A stretch of DNA of 64,000 nucleotides, taken from Planctomycetota bacterium. Its GTDB lineage: Bacteria > Planctomycetota > SZUA-567 > H5-PLA8. Shown here piece by piece: positions 28,841 to 38,065 of the stretch. The notes beneath the pieces were generated by a model. The model saw only the letters and a program-made list of their open reading frames with translations, was not told the origin of the DNA and ran no database searches. The stretch lies in NCBI GenBank assembly GCA_045863855.1, contig BTVV01000010.1:1-64000 (forward strand), read 5' to 3'. The translations under genes were made by a program, and so were the position numbers. Position 1 is the first letter of the stretch. Each line of letters begins with the position of its first letter.

Positions 28841-31800
28841 TCATAAAGCCAATTCCTTCACCGCCGCCTCCAAACTTGCCAACTTCTCCTCGTACTCCCG
28901 CAAGCGCCCGCGCTCGGCTTCCACGGTCTCCGGCGGAGCGTTCTTCACGAACTTCTCGTTGCTCAGCTTCCCGCGCCCCTGCTCCACCGCCTTCTTCGTC
29001 CGCTCGATCTCCTTGCCCAGCCGCGCGCGTTCCTTCTCCACGTCGATCAGTCCGGTTAAGTCCACGTACAGTTCCGCGCCGCTCAGGATCTCCGTCCCCG
29101 CCGGACTGGGCTTCTCGATGTTCGTTCCGATCTGCGGCGGATGGATCTGCGCCATCTGCTCCAGCACGTGCTGCTGCGCGCGGAAGCGCGCCGCGGTCTG
29201 TTCGTCCTTCGTACGGATTCGCACCGTCAGCCGCTCTTTCGGCGCGATCCCGTTCTTCTGCCGGATGTTTCGCGCCGCGCGCACCGCCTCGAAGACGCTC
29301 GCGAACTGCGCCTCCGTCTCGACGTCGAAGCGCGCCGCGTCCGGCTTCGGCCACGCCGAACGCGCCAGCAGCTCCGCCACCGGCGCGAACGCCGCGCCGC
29401 TCGCGCACCCCAGGCTCCGCGCTTCCGCCGCCGGCGCGATCTTGGCCAGCTCCGCCCACAGCGATTCGCTGATGAACGGGCAGAACGGATGCAGCAGCCG
29501 CAGGCTCCGGTCGAGCACGTGCAGCAGCACCGCCTGCGCCGCGGCCCGGTCGGCCGGATCGTTCGCCGCGTCCAGCCGCGGCTTGCTCAGCTCGATCGTC
29601 CACGCGCAGAATTCGTCCCAGAAGAACGCGTACAGCGCGTTCGTCGCTTTCGAGAACTCGAAACGCTCCAGGCTCTGCGCGATCTGCTCCGACGCGCGGT
29701 TCAGCCGCGAAAGAATCCAGCGGTCCTGGTCGGTCAGGCGCTTTTCGATCTCCTCCGGCCGGTACGCGATCTTCGGGTCCAGGCTCGTCAGCACGAAGCG
29801 CGCGGCGTTCCAGACCTTGTTCGAGAAGTTGCGGCCCTTCTCGAAGCGTTTGGAATCCAGCGCGCCCATCGGCGGCGCCGGCTCGGCCAGCGGCGGCTCG
29901 TTCGGCACCGGCTGCTGAAACTCCTTCTTGCACTTCACGCACGCCATCAGCGGCTCGGAACGCTTGCGCGGAAGCTCCTGCATCTCGTCGCAGTGCGGGC
30001 AGACGATCTGCACCGGGAACTTGATGTCCTGCCCTTCCGTCGCCATGTCGAAGATCGTGAAGCGCAGCGCGTCCGCGCCGTAGCGCCGGATGATGTCCAG
30101 CGGATCGATTCCGTTGCCCTTGCTCTTCGACATCACCGCGCCGTCGCCGTCCAGCACCGTCCCGTGGATCACCACGTCCTTGAACGGTTCTTGATGCAGC
30201 AAGTGCTGCCCCATCATCACCATCCGCGCCACCCAGAAGTAGATGATGCCGCGCGACGTCACCAGCGTGTCGGTCGGATAGTAATAGGCCAGGTCCGGCG
30301 TCTCTTCGGGCCAGCCCAGCGTGCTGAACGGCCACAGCGCCGAACTGAACCACGTGTCGAGCACGTCCGGGTCCTGGATCAGCGTCTTGCCTTGGTACGC
30401 CGGCTTCCCGCGCGGATCGTCCACGCTCACGATCGGCTTCGCGTGCTCGCCGATCAGGTAGCGCACGCGCTTTCCGTTCTCCAGCGCGTCGAACGGCTCG
30501 TCGGGGCCCGCCTCCAGCTTCGCGATCGACCCCGGGTTATCCTCCAGGCAGTACCACGCCGGGATCTGGTGCCCCCACCAGATCTGCCGGCTGATCGGCC
30601 AGTCGCGCACTTCGTCGAACCACTTGAGGTACACCTTCGTCCAGCGTTCGGGATGAAAGCGCACCCGCCCCGAAGCCGTCGCCTCCACCGCCAGCTTGCT
30701 CAGCGGCTTCATGTTCACGAACCACTGCGACGTCAGGAACGGTTCGATCATCGTGTGGCAGCGGTAGCAGTGCCCCACCTGCTGCGCGTGATCCTTGATC
30801 TCGCCCAGCAGCCCCTGCGCCTCCAGCGCCGCCACCACCGCCTTGCGCGCGCGGTAGCGGTCCTGGCCGCGGAACGGCTCCGGGCACAGCTCGTTCAGCC
30901 GCCCGTCTTCGGTCAGGATGTTCAGGATCTCCAGCTTGTGCCGCAGCCCGATCTGGTAGTCCACCGGATCGTGCGCCGGCGTCACCTTCAAGCAGCCGGT
31001 CCCGAACGACCGGTCCAGCGCCGCGTCGGCGACGATCGGAATCTCGCGTGCCGTCAGCGGCAGCTTCAGCTTCTGCCCGATCAGGTGCTTGTAGCGCTCG
31101 TCGTCGGGATGCACCGCCACCGCCGTATCGCCCAGCATCGTCTCGGGGCGCGTCGTGGCCACCGTCAGCCGCTGAGATGGATCGGACGCCAGCGGATAGT
31201 GCAGCTCGTACAGCCGCCCGTTCACGTCCTCGTGCTCCACTTCGTCGTCCGAAAGCGTCGTGCGGCAGCGCGGGCACCAGTTCACGAGGTACTTGCCGCG
31301 GTAGATCAGGCCGTCGGCGTGCAGCTTCACGAACGCGTGGCGCACCGCGAGGTTCAGCTTCTCTTCCAGCGTGAAGCGCGTCCGCGTCCAGTCGCAGCTC
31401 GCGCCCAGCTTGCGCAACTGCTTCAAAATCGTGCCGCCCGACTGCTCGGTCCACGACCAGACGCGCTTGATCAGCTCCTCGCGCCCGATCTCGTAGCGCG
31501 TTTTGTTCTCGGCTTTCGCGATCTGCTTCTCGACCACGTTCTGCGTCGCGATCCCCGCGTGGTCGGTCCCGGGCAGCCAGAGCGTCTCGTGCCCCTGCAT
31601 GCGCTTGAAGCGGATCAGCAGATCCTGCAGCGAATTGTTCAGCGCGTGGCCGATGTGCAAGATGCCCGTCACGTTCGGAGGCGGGATCATGATCGTGTAC
31701 GGCTGGGCGCCTTCGCGCGGCCGCGTGCCGAACGCGCCGCCCGCCTCCCAGCGCGCGTACATCGCGTCCTCGAACTGCGCCGGATCGTACTGCTTGGGCA

Positions 31801-31846
31801 TCTCGTCGGACGGCGGAGCGGAACTCGCGGCAGATTCGGAACTCAT
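28841..31846 (-). CDS. valS: Valyl-tRNA synthetase
   Basis: PPPNVTGILHIGH, GTDHAGIATQ, ATTRPET, DWPISRQIWWGH, DVLDTWFSS, KMSKS variant VMSKSKGN, GADALRF, and C-terminal coiled coil. Confidence 0.98.
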   Translation of the reverse strand: MSSESAASSAPPSDEMPKQYDPAQFEDAMYARWEAGGAFGTRPREGAQPYTIMIPPPNVTGILHIGHALNNSLQDLLIRFKRMQGHETLWLPGTDHAGIATQNVVEKQIAKAENKTRYEIGREELIKRVWSWTEQSGGTILKQLRKLGASCDWTRTRFTLEEKLNLAVRHAFVKLHADGLIYRGKYLVNWCPRCRTTLSDDEVEHEDVNGRLYELHYPLASDPSQRLTVATTRPETMLGDTAVAVHPDDERYKHLIGQKLKLPLTAREIPIVADAALDRSFGTGCLKVTPAHDPVDYQIGLRHKLEILNILTEDGRLNELCPEPFRGQDRYRARKAVVAALEAQGLLGEIKDHAQQVGHCYRCHTMIEPFLTSQWFVNMKPLSKLAVEATASGRVRFHPERWTKVYLKWFDEVRDWPISRQIWWGHQIPAWYCLEDNPGSIAKLEAGPDEPFDALENGKRVRYLIGEHAKPIVSVDDPRGKPAYQGKTLIQDPDVLDTWFSSALWPFSTLGWPEETPDLAYYYPTDTLVTSRGIIYFWVARMVMMGQHLLHQEPFKDVVIHGTVLDGDGAVMSKSKGNGIDPLDIIRRYGADALRFTIFDMATEGQDIKFPVQIVCPHCDEMQELPRKRSEPLMACVKCKKEFQQPVPNEPPLAEPAPPMGALDSKRFEKGRNFSNKVWNAARFVLTSLDPKIAYRPEEIEKRLTDQDRWILSRLNRASEQIAQSLERFEFSKATNALYAFFWDEFCAWTIELSKPRLDAANDPADRAAAQAVLLHVLDRSLRLLHPFCPFISESLWAELAKIAPAAEARSLGCASGAAFAPVAELLARSAWPKPDAARFDVETEAQFASVFEAVRAARNIRQKNGIAPKERLTVRIRTKDEQTAARFRAQQHVLEQMAQIHPPQIGTNIEKPSPAGTEILSGAELYVDLTGLIDVEKERARLGKEIERTKKAVEQGRGKLSNEKFVKNAPPETVEAERGRLREYEEKLASLEAAVKELAL

Positions 31847-32122
31847 CGTGCGGTCCTTAATGTCTCAAGCGCCGTAACCGTCGGCGCGGGCATGCAAATG
31901 GAACCCCTCGCGCGCCCGGCGCGGCAAAGGGCTGTCGGCGGCCGGAAACCGGCTCGTACGGATGCGGACACAAGGTAACGGGTGAAGCGGGAAGCGGCCA
32001 GCGAAGCGCCGAGGTTAGCGTAAAACGGACCGGCCGCGCGTGGTGCCGCGCGGCCGTGAAGCCTCCCATCGCGCCGAAGCGCGCGGGGTGAAGCGGGGGA
32101 AGAGTAGAGGTGCTCGCATGAC

Positions 32123-33067
32123 CTATTCCTTAGACTGCACCATACCTTCCTCTGGGATAGATTTCAAGTTTTCGCAGGATTCGGCATGCGATTCGGCAGG
32201 CTTCCGGACCCTGCGCCCGGAAAGGCGATGCGGCTTGTTGAATTCCTTCTCCAGTGCTTTCAGTCCCTCTTCCTCAAATGCCTCAATCTGAGCGGCAATT
32301 TCAGGGTGCAGAAGCCGGAAAAGTTCATCGCACTTTTGGTTCGCCTCTACCGCATCGGTATCGCGGCCTTGGAAACCATAAATGGTCCTCAGTTGGTTCC
32401 AGCAGCCCCAGTCGTTCGACCCTCCTGGAGCTTCACACAGTGCTTCAAGAGTGTACTGCTCCGCGGATGAATAGTCTTCATAGGCAATATGAGTAGCGCC
32501 TAGGCCACGAAGCGATTGACTCACCTCTTGCCGCATATTCTCGGAATCCCTTCGCGATAAGTTGAGTGCTTCCTGGAAGTAGGGCTCGGCTTGCGAAGGA
32601 CGCTCGCGCTTCAATTCAAGTTCCCCGAGCAGGCAAAGCGTATAAGGAACCAATGCCTTTCCTTGGTCGGAACATGCGCGCAGAATTGCCAACCCCCTCT
32701 GCAGACATAATTCCGCGTCCTCGAAATGGTTTCGATTGGTATAGAATCGCTCCAAGCCTACCCATGCAAAGCCCGTGTAGGCATGAGTGGGACCGAAGTG
32801 ACGTCGAAGGATGTCCACATGGTCTAGATAGGCGCGCTCGGCAGCTTCAGGTTGGCCTGAAAACTCAAGGCGTATTCCTTCACCACACCGAATTTCGGCC
32901 TGCGTTTGGACTTTGATATCGAGGAGTTGACGTTCGAATGCCATCTCTGCGCTGGACTTCTTGAGGGGCGCTGCTTGCGGCATATCTTTCCATATAAGAA
33001 GGGTAATGGTTCCGGCAACCAAACCGGCGGCGAGTAGGTATGAGTAAGACGACCGGATAATGGGCAC
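32123..33067 (-). CDS. Membrane-anchored TPR-repeat protein (AT-richer than neighbours)
   Basis: N-terminal TM, then TPR-like helices (AELCLQRGLAI, AEPYFQEALNL, AEQYTLEAL). GTG start. Confidence 0.7.
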   Translation of the reverse strand: MPIIRSSYSYLLAAGLVAGTITLLIWKDMPQAAPLKKSSAEMAFERQLLDIKVQTQAEIRCGEGIRLEFSGQPEAAERAYLDHVDILRRHFGPTHAYTGFAWVGLERFYTNRNHFEDAELCLQRGLAILRACSDQGKALVPYTLCLLGELELKRERPSQAEPYFQEALNLSRRDSENMRQEVSQSLRGLGATHIAYEDYSSAEQYTLEALCEAPGGSNDWGCWNQLRTIYGFQGRDTDAVEANQKCDELFRLLHPEIAAQIEAFEEEGLKALEKEFNKPHRLSGRRVRKPAESHAESCENLKSIPEEGMVQSKE

Positions 33068-33170
33068 CCGACTCGGCTCCTTCCTTCTGTCGGCTCTGAG
33101 TTACAGGGCCTGCGCTTCTCCTTTCGCTATAAAAGGCATCGAATTCCATTCAATCCAAAATCCCCAATCG

Positions 33171-34325
33171 CTACGCGGCCGCTTCATGCTTCTTGTGCCC
33201 CGCGCGCTTCAGCCACACCACCAACGCCACCGCCGCCAGCAGCAGCGCCACCCCCAGCACCGGACGGTAAAAGAGCCACGCGATCGCGATCGTGATCAGC
33301 GACAATACCGCCGCCACCAGCCCCGCGAAGATCGCGATCCCCAGCCCCAGCATATCCCCCAGGAACGGAATCACGTCCGCCACCACCGCCAGCGGACTGA
33401 AGACCATCGAAATCCCGATCGCCATCACCAGCCAGCCCACGAAGCGCAAAATCCACGTCAGCGTCGCGTTCGCCGCCTCGGCCTCCGCGAACATCTGTTC
33501 GCCCGACTTCAAGCCCAAGTCCAGCATCTCCAGAGCCTTTCCGTTCGACGCCACGTACGGCACGAACGATTCGCCCGCCTGCTTCGAGACCACGCTCACG
33601 TCCGCCGGCTTGACCACTTTGAAAGTCACGCGCACGTCGCCCACCTGCGGGTTCGCCGGATCGGCGCCCTTGTAGTAGCCCCCGCCGGCAGGACGAATCC
33701 CCTCCGGCGCTTCGCCGCCCGTTTGCACCGGCGCCGTCACCGGCAGCGCCTCCCACGCATCGATCGAGTTCGCCAGGCTCGGCGAAAGCGTGAATGCGCC
33801 CAGCGTGATCTTCTGCGCCGCGTACGTCTCCGACGGAAACGGCAGCGCCCCCGGATTCTGGTGCCCTTCGGGGTGCCGGAAGTCCGCCGAATCGATCGCC
33901 TCGTCGTCCCAGTCCTTCTTGTAGTCGTACGTGGTGATCGTCTCTTCGCCGCCGCCCAGCTTCTTCTTCGTTTCGCGCTTCGTCTCTTCCTTCCATTGGT
34001 ACATTTCGACCAGCCGCTTCAGCTTCAACGCCGGCGCCGAAACCTTGAACTGCGGATCGCTCACCGTCTCCGTTGTCGTCGCCTTCCCGTTGACGTGAAA
34101 CAGCTTCCCTTCGTTCGCCGGATCGACCTTATCGTTGGCCACCGAGACGAACGCGCCTTTCCCCTCGGCCAGCATCTTGGCCGTGTCCACTGCGCGCCCT
34201 TCGTTCCACCACAAAAGCGCGAACGAGGCGAGAAAGAGCACCGCGCCGACGAGGATGCCCTTGATCGAATTCCCGATCCGGCTGAACCAGCCCTGGCTGC
34301 TGACTTCGCTGAAATGGTCGGCCAC
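33171..34325 (-). CDS. TMEM43/LUMA family (DUF1625) membrane protein
   Basis: SQGWFSRIGNSIKG, LLWWNEGRAV, NEGKLFHV, LKRLVEMYQWKE, PQVGDVRV, TWILRFVGW, plus C-terminal TMs. Confidence 0.9.
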   Translation of the reverse strand: MADHFSEVSSQGWFSRIGNSIKGILVGAVLFLASFALLWWNEGRAVDTAKMLAEGKGAFVSVANDKVDPANEGKLFHVNGKATTTETVSDPQFKVSAPALKLKRLVEMYQWKEETKRETKKKLGGGEETITTYDYKKDWDDEAIDSADFRHPEGHQNPGALPFPSETYAAQKITLGAFTLSPSLANSIDAWEALPVTAPVQTGGEAPEGIRPAGGGYYKGADPANPQVGDVRVTFKVVKPADVSVVSKQAGESFVPYVASNGKALEMLDLGLKSGEQMFAEAEAANATLTWILRFVGWLVMAIGISMVFSPLAVVADVIPFLGDMLGLGIAIFAGLVAAVLSLITIAIAWLFYRPVLGVALLLAAVALVVWLKRAGHKKHEAAA

Positions 34326-34500
34326 GGTGACGGCTCCTTTAAGTTCCGCGGTGCACGGCTCGAGTTCGCGCGCTCGGATACGCGAGTATTTTAGCCGGCC
34401 GCTCCCGCCGCGAAAGAGCGGGACGGCATCCGGCCCGCCTCCCTATTCCGATTCTCCGGGCAGGCTTTCGAAAATTCTGCCCCCGGATAGATTCGGGCGC

Positions 34501-35622
34501 ATGAAAATCGTCTCGGTCGAACCCTTCATTCTCCACGTCCCCGTCACGGGGCAGGAGATCGCCGACAGCATGCACCGCCTCACCCACTGGGGCGTGCCCG
34601 GCGTGATCCTCGCCACCGATACCGGCCTGCGCGGGTACGGCTATTCGGGCACCCACGCGCACCTGCCCACCGACCGCCTGATCGCCGACTTCATCGCGCA
34701 CACCGCCGCGCCGCTGCTGCTCGGCGAAGACCCCGCCGAGATCGACCGGCTCTGGCAGAAGATCTACCGCTTCCCGCCCGCGCAATGGGTCGGGCGCTCC
34801 GGGATCACCCACCTGGGCCTGGGCGCCATCGACGTGGCCCTGTGGGATCTCAAAGCCAAAGCCGCCGGCCTGCCGCTCTGGAAGCTACTCAACGCCGGAG
34901 CGCCCGCGCCCGCACTCGAAGCCTACAACACCGACGGCGGCTGGCTGAATCTCTCCCGCGAACGGATCGTCGCCAACGCCAAGCGCTTCACGCAGGAAGA
35001 AGGATTCCGCGGCGTGAAACTTAAGATCGGCAAGCCCGATCCCGCCGAAGACCTCGAACGCGTCGCCGCCGTGCGCCAAGCCATCGGGCCGGACGTCAAA
35101 CTCATGGTCGACGCCAACGGAAAGTGGACGCTCGATACGGCGCTCGCCTGGAACCCCCGGCTGCGCGAACTGGACGTGTACTGGATCGAAGAACCGCTCT
35201 GGTACGACGACATCCCCGCGCATGCCGAGTTGGCTGCGCGTTCGGAAGTCCCCGTCGCGCTCGGCGAACAGCTTTATTCGTACTACGATTTCCGCGACTT
35301 CATCGCCGCCGGCGCGGTCCGCTTCGTCCAGCCCGACGTGACGCGCCTGGCCGGCGTCACCGAATGGCGCCTGGTGGCCGACCTCGCCGGGAAGCACGGA
35401 CTGCCCGTCGCCGCGCACGTCGGCGACATGATGCAGGTCCACCTGCATACGTCGCTGGCGCATCCGGCCTGCGCGATCCTCGAATACATCCCGTGGATCC
35501 GGTCCTGCTTCACCGAGCCGGCCACCGTCCGCGCCGGAAATTTCGTCCCGCCGCAAGAACCCGGCGCCGGCACGACGCTGCTTCCCAACGCGCTGGAACG
35601 CTACGCCCAACCGCTGCGCTGA
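34501..35622 (+). CDS. Mandelate racemase/muconate lactonising enzyme family (probable acid-sugar dehydratase)
   Basis: IDVALWDLKAK, KLKIG, metal ligands MVDAN/IEEP/LGEQ, VQPDV, H in AAHVG. Confidence 0.92.
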   Translation: MKIVSVEPFILHVPVTGQEIADSMHRLTHWGVPGVILATDTGLRGYGYSGTHAHLPTDRLIADFIAHTAAPLLLGEDPAEIDRLWQKIYRFPPAQWVGRSGITHLGLGAIDVALWDLKAKAAGLPLWKLLNAGAPAPALEAYNTDGGWLNLSRERIVANAKRFTQEEGFRGVKLKIGKPDPAEDLERVAAVRQAIGPDVKLMVDANGKWTLDTALAWNPRLRELDVYWIEEPLWYDDIPAHAELAARSEVPVALGEQLYSYYDFRDFIAAGAVRFVQPDVTRLAGVTEWRLVADLAGKHGLPVAAHVGDMMQVHLHTSLAHPACAILEYIPWIRSCFTEPATVRAGNFVPPQEPGAGTTLLPNALERYAQPLR

Positions 35623-35711
35623 AAGGGTGGGTGTGCGGCCGTGAGCCGTTTCAAGCGCCGCGGCGGTTGGCCGCACGCAAGCGCCGCCGTGGACGCCCCG
35701 CAATCTCCGCT

Positions 35712-36326
35712 CTACAACCCGATCGCCGCCGCTACCGACTCCGCCAGCTCCGCCGAACCGGCCTCGGTGAAGTGCACGTTCAGCGGGCGCTGGATCCGTT
35801 CCAGCCGGGCCGCCGCGAACGCGAAAAGATCGTGCGTGGGAATCTTCAGCTCCGCCATCACCGCCGCGGCCGCGCGGTTATAGGCCACGACATCCGCCGG
35901 ACGCCGCGGCGGCGAAAGCGCGCCCTCGGGCACCGGCGTCGTGCTGCACCAGATCACCTTCCGCGCCGCGGCCAGGTAGCCGCGCGCCAGCGTCCGCAGG
36001 TGGCCGGTGTACGCCTCCAGCGGCACCTGATGCACGCCGTCGATCAGCCTCAAGTCGTGCAGCCCGTAATTGAAGTGGATCACGTCCCAGCCGCCCGCGC
36101 CGACGATCTCGGCATGCTGCTCCACGCCGCGGAAGGTCGGCCCGCAGTTGAAGAGCGGCCGCAGCACGTTGGCCCGCCCAGCCAAGCGCGCGCGCACGGG
36201 GAGCGTGTAGCCGATCGAGATCGAATCGCCCACCAGCAGCACCCGCGGCAAACCGGGCTGTTCCGCAATCGGCAGTAACGCCGGATCGACCTTCTCTTCC
36301 CCGCCCGGCTCCGGCTTCTGGCTCAT
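35712..36326 (-). CDS. SGNH/GDSL hydrolase
   Basis: LPRVLLVGDSISIGY, WDVIHFNYGLHD, IWCSTTPVP, NVHFT. Confidence 0.9.
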   Translation of the reverse strand: MSQKPEPGGEEKVDPALLPIAEQPGLPRVLLVGDSISIGYTLPVRARLAGRANVLRPLFNCGPTFRGVEQHAEIVGAGGWDVIHFNYGLHDLRLIDGVHQVPLEAYTGHLRTLARGYLAAARKVIWCSTTPVPEGALSPPRRPADVVAYNRAAAAVMAELKIPTHDLFAFAAARLERIQRPLNVHFTEAGSAELAESVAAAIGL

Positions 36327-36472
36327 CGTGTCATGCTCCAAGGTTGATCCGCGCGCCCTGGCAGGACATCCCCGCCGCCGCGCCTAGAAGATAGGCCGTG
36401 CGCGGCGACCTGTCACCTGAAAGCCAGCGCCGCCTGAACCGTACAGTGTTGGGTGATAACGGATCGGACTAA

Positions 36473-36874
36473 GGGTGCCAGCGGCAGCTTGCTGCCGCTG
36501 CGCCGCATCCGGGTAAGCGTTCAGCGGCGGAAAAAGTCGCCACCGGCACACCGATACACGGGAGCGATTCGAGCATTGAAAGGCCCTGCCCTTGCCGCCG
36601 AATCGGTCGAGGCTCGTTCAGCAGGAGCGGCGGGCGCCCTCGCCCGCCGGAATTGCCTCGCCGTGGCCTTTCGCCCCATGATCCGTCTTCGACCCTTGTG
36701 CCGAAGGCACAACCTTGGTTAGCCCAGGGCAAGGGCGCAGCCCGCCACCCTGGGTCTGCTGCCCCTAAATTCCGTTTGTCCTGAAGGGACAACCTAAAGT
36801 TCAACCGGCGCCACGAAGCAAGCACACGCCGCTGGCTCCATGGCACACAAAATATATCCTACCTGCCACCCGCC
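36473..36874. repeat. Cluster of REP-like GC-rich palindromes
   Basis: Hairpins cagcggcag/ctgccgctg (36479-36500, preceded by gggtgc) and cggcgggcg/cgcccgccg (36628-36649). GAA-loop hairpins at 36696-36712 and 36776-36792 flank a cccaggg/ccctggg stem. A GCCACGGAGCAAGC-type copy lies at ~36810-36874. Confidence 0.6.
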
Positions 36875-36880
36875 GTATGG

Positions 36881-37399
36881 TCAGGAGGATGGGCTACCAT
36901 TTTCTCCAGCATTTTCCTTCCAACCAATTTCGAATACTAGATTGGTTGGATCAAACTCACCCAAGGCATGGCTGCATCCATACCGGCGAACACAATTCCC
37001 CTCACTTAAAAGTGTCATTCCGGCATTTCCTGTAATTGTATTAACGGTGGTTCTGCCATCCCTATGTCTTAATACATACGAATTAAATACCATCAATTCT
37101 CCATCACTACAATCTACGGCAAACGTTCTTTGCGGTGGACTTCCTTCTTCAAACCAGAGTTCCACACGATTAAAGATATCATTTGTTGTGAAATCGAAAA
37201 CTTTACCCTTCATTCTTGGGATTATCTCGACGCCTTGAGCAAGAACGGTTGGATGATCGCCTCGATTCTCGCTTATAAAAGTAACGCATATGATTCCGTC
37301 TTTGATCGGAATTCTCGCGCATTGAAGCACTTGCCAACAACCTACCTGCACGGGAGCGCCCCTGCTTCGAACAAACTCGCCCTGTAGAGATCTACTCAT
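36881..37399 (-). CDS. AT-rich orphan hypothetical protein
   Basis: Stop-free frame in a clearly AT-richer segment; motif TGNAGM...RRYGCS...LVFEI. Start 37399 or 37408; the longer ORF-track start runs through a repeat. Confidence 0.65.
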   Translation of the reverse strand: MSRSLQGEFVRSRGAPVQVGCWQVLQCARIPIKDGIICVTFISENRGDHPTVLAQGVEIIPRMKGKVFDFTTNDIFNRVELWFEEGSPPQRTFAVDCSDGELMVFNSYVLRHRDGRTTVNTITGNAGMTLLSEGNCVRRYGCSHALGEFDPTNLVFEIGWKENAGENGSPSS

Positions 37400-37441
37400 A
37401 ATAGGCATCCAGATGTTGGCTGGCCGGCTGCAATGGACAAT

Positions 37442-37500
37442 GGCGGGTGGCCCGAATCGGCGGGTGCCTCCGAGCAAGCGTCGTGGGCTTGCTCCGTGCC
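37442..37500. repeat. REP-like palindrome copy (GCGGGTGGC..GAATCGGCGGGTGCC..GAGCAAGC-gtcgtgg-GCTTGCTCCGTG)
   Basis: Direct repeat of 38008-38065, and inverted relative to the copy at ~36810-36874. Confidence 0.75.
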
Positions 37501-37528
37501 TTACTTCCCGCGCACGCAAATCTCCGGC

Positions 37529-37993
37529 TTACATGGACTGCCCGCTCCGAACTGTAGTTGCGCGTTCCTTCCTCTCTACAATCCAATTCGATAAGACGAA
37601 AACAAAAAGTAGGAGGATGATTGAGACAATAAAGTTGCCCTTGATACCCTCCTCCACCGAACCCGACACGTTGAGAACATGGAACTTGCCTGCGTCCTCC
37701 GTCCAGATTCGGGCTACGTATGGCCAGCCTTGATACTTAACCCAGATGGCCTTCGTCTCTAAGGTGATATTTTCGACGCCCATATCTTTCACATCATCTC
37801 CCCATTTAAAATCAGCAATCTTTAAAATGCGATACCGTGCCTCTCCTTCTGGCGATGCAATCTTTAAAACCTGAACAGAAGCCCTTTTACTCTTCACCGA
37901 AATATTGAGGGCTGCCAGAAACAAGGCTGCCACGCTCACGGCAATCACCGTCCAGCGGTGGAAGCGGAACCTAGGGCCGCCATTAGTTGTCAT
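37529..37993 (-). CDS. AT-rich orphan membrane protein (two TM)
   Basis: MTTNGGPRFRFHRWTVIAVSVAALFLAALN...YQGWP...NFIVSIILLLFVFVLS. Lies between two repeat copies. Confidence 0.65.
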   Translation of the reverse strand: MTTNGGPRFRFHRWTVIAVSVAALFLAALNISVKSKRASVQVLKIASPEGEARYRILKIADFKWGDDVKDMGVENITLETKAIWVKYQGWPYVARIWTEDAGKFHVLNVSGSVEEGIKGNFIVSIILLLFVFVLSNWIVERKERATTVRSGQSM

Positions 37994-38007
37994 AACGCTG
38001 CATCTCT

Positions 38008-38065
38008 GCGGGTGGCCTGAATCGGCGGGTGCCACGGAGCAAACGTCGTGGGCTTGTTCCTCACC
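38008..38065. repeat. REP-like palindrome copy
   Basis: gcgggtggcctgaatcggcgggtgccacggagcaaacgtcgtgggcttgttcc aligns with 37443-37495. Confidence 0.75.

Noticed and set aside
29141..31978. 945-aa plus-strand ORF, and other long Arg/Ala-rich ORFs such as 17679..19745, 56974..59502 and 60123..62060
   Set aside because: Typical high-GC antisense or alternate-frame open frames overlapping confident genes.
31847..32122. T-box riboswitch upstream of valS
   Set aside because: No T-box consensus (AAxxxGGGTGGxACCGCG) found on the minus strand; only a generic GC hairpin.
36810..38065. CRISPR array or integron attC cassette array
   Set aside because: Only three degenerate copies, gene-sized spacing and mixed orientation; no RYYYAAC/GTTRRRY pairing; no cas or intI gene in the window.
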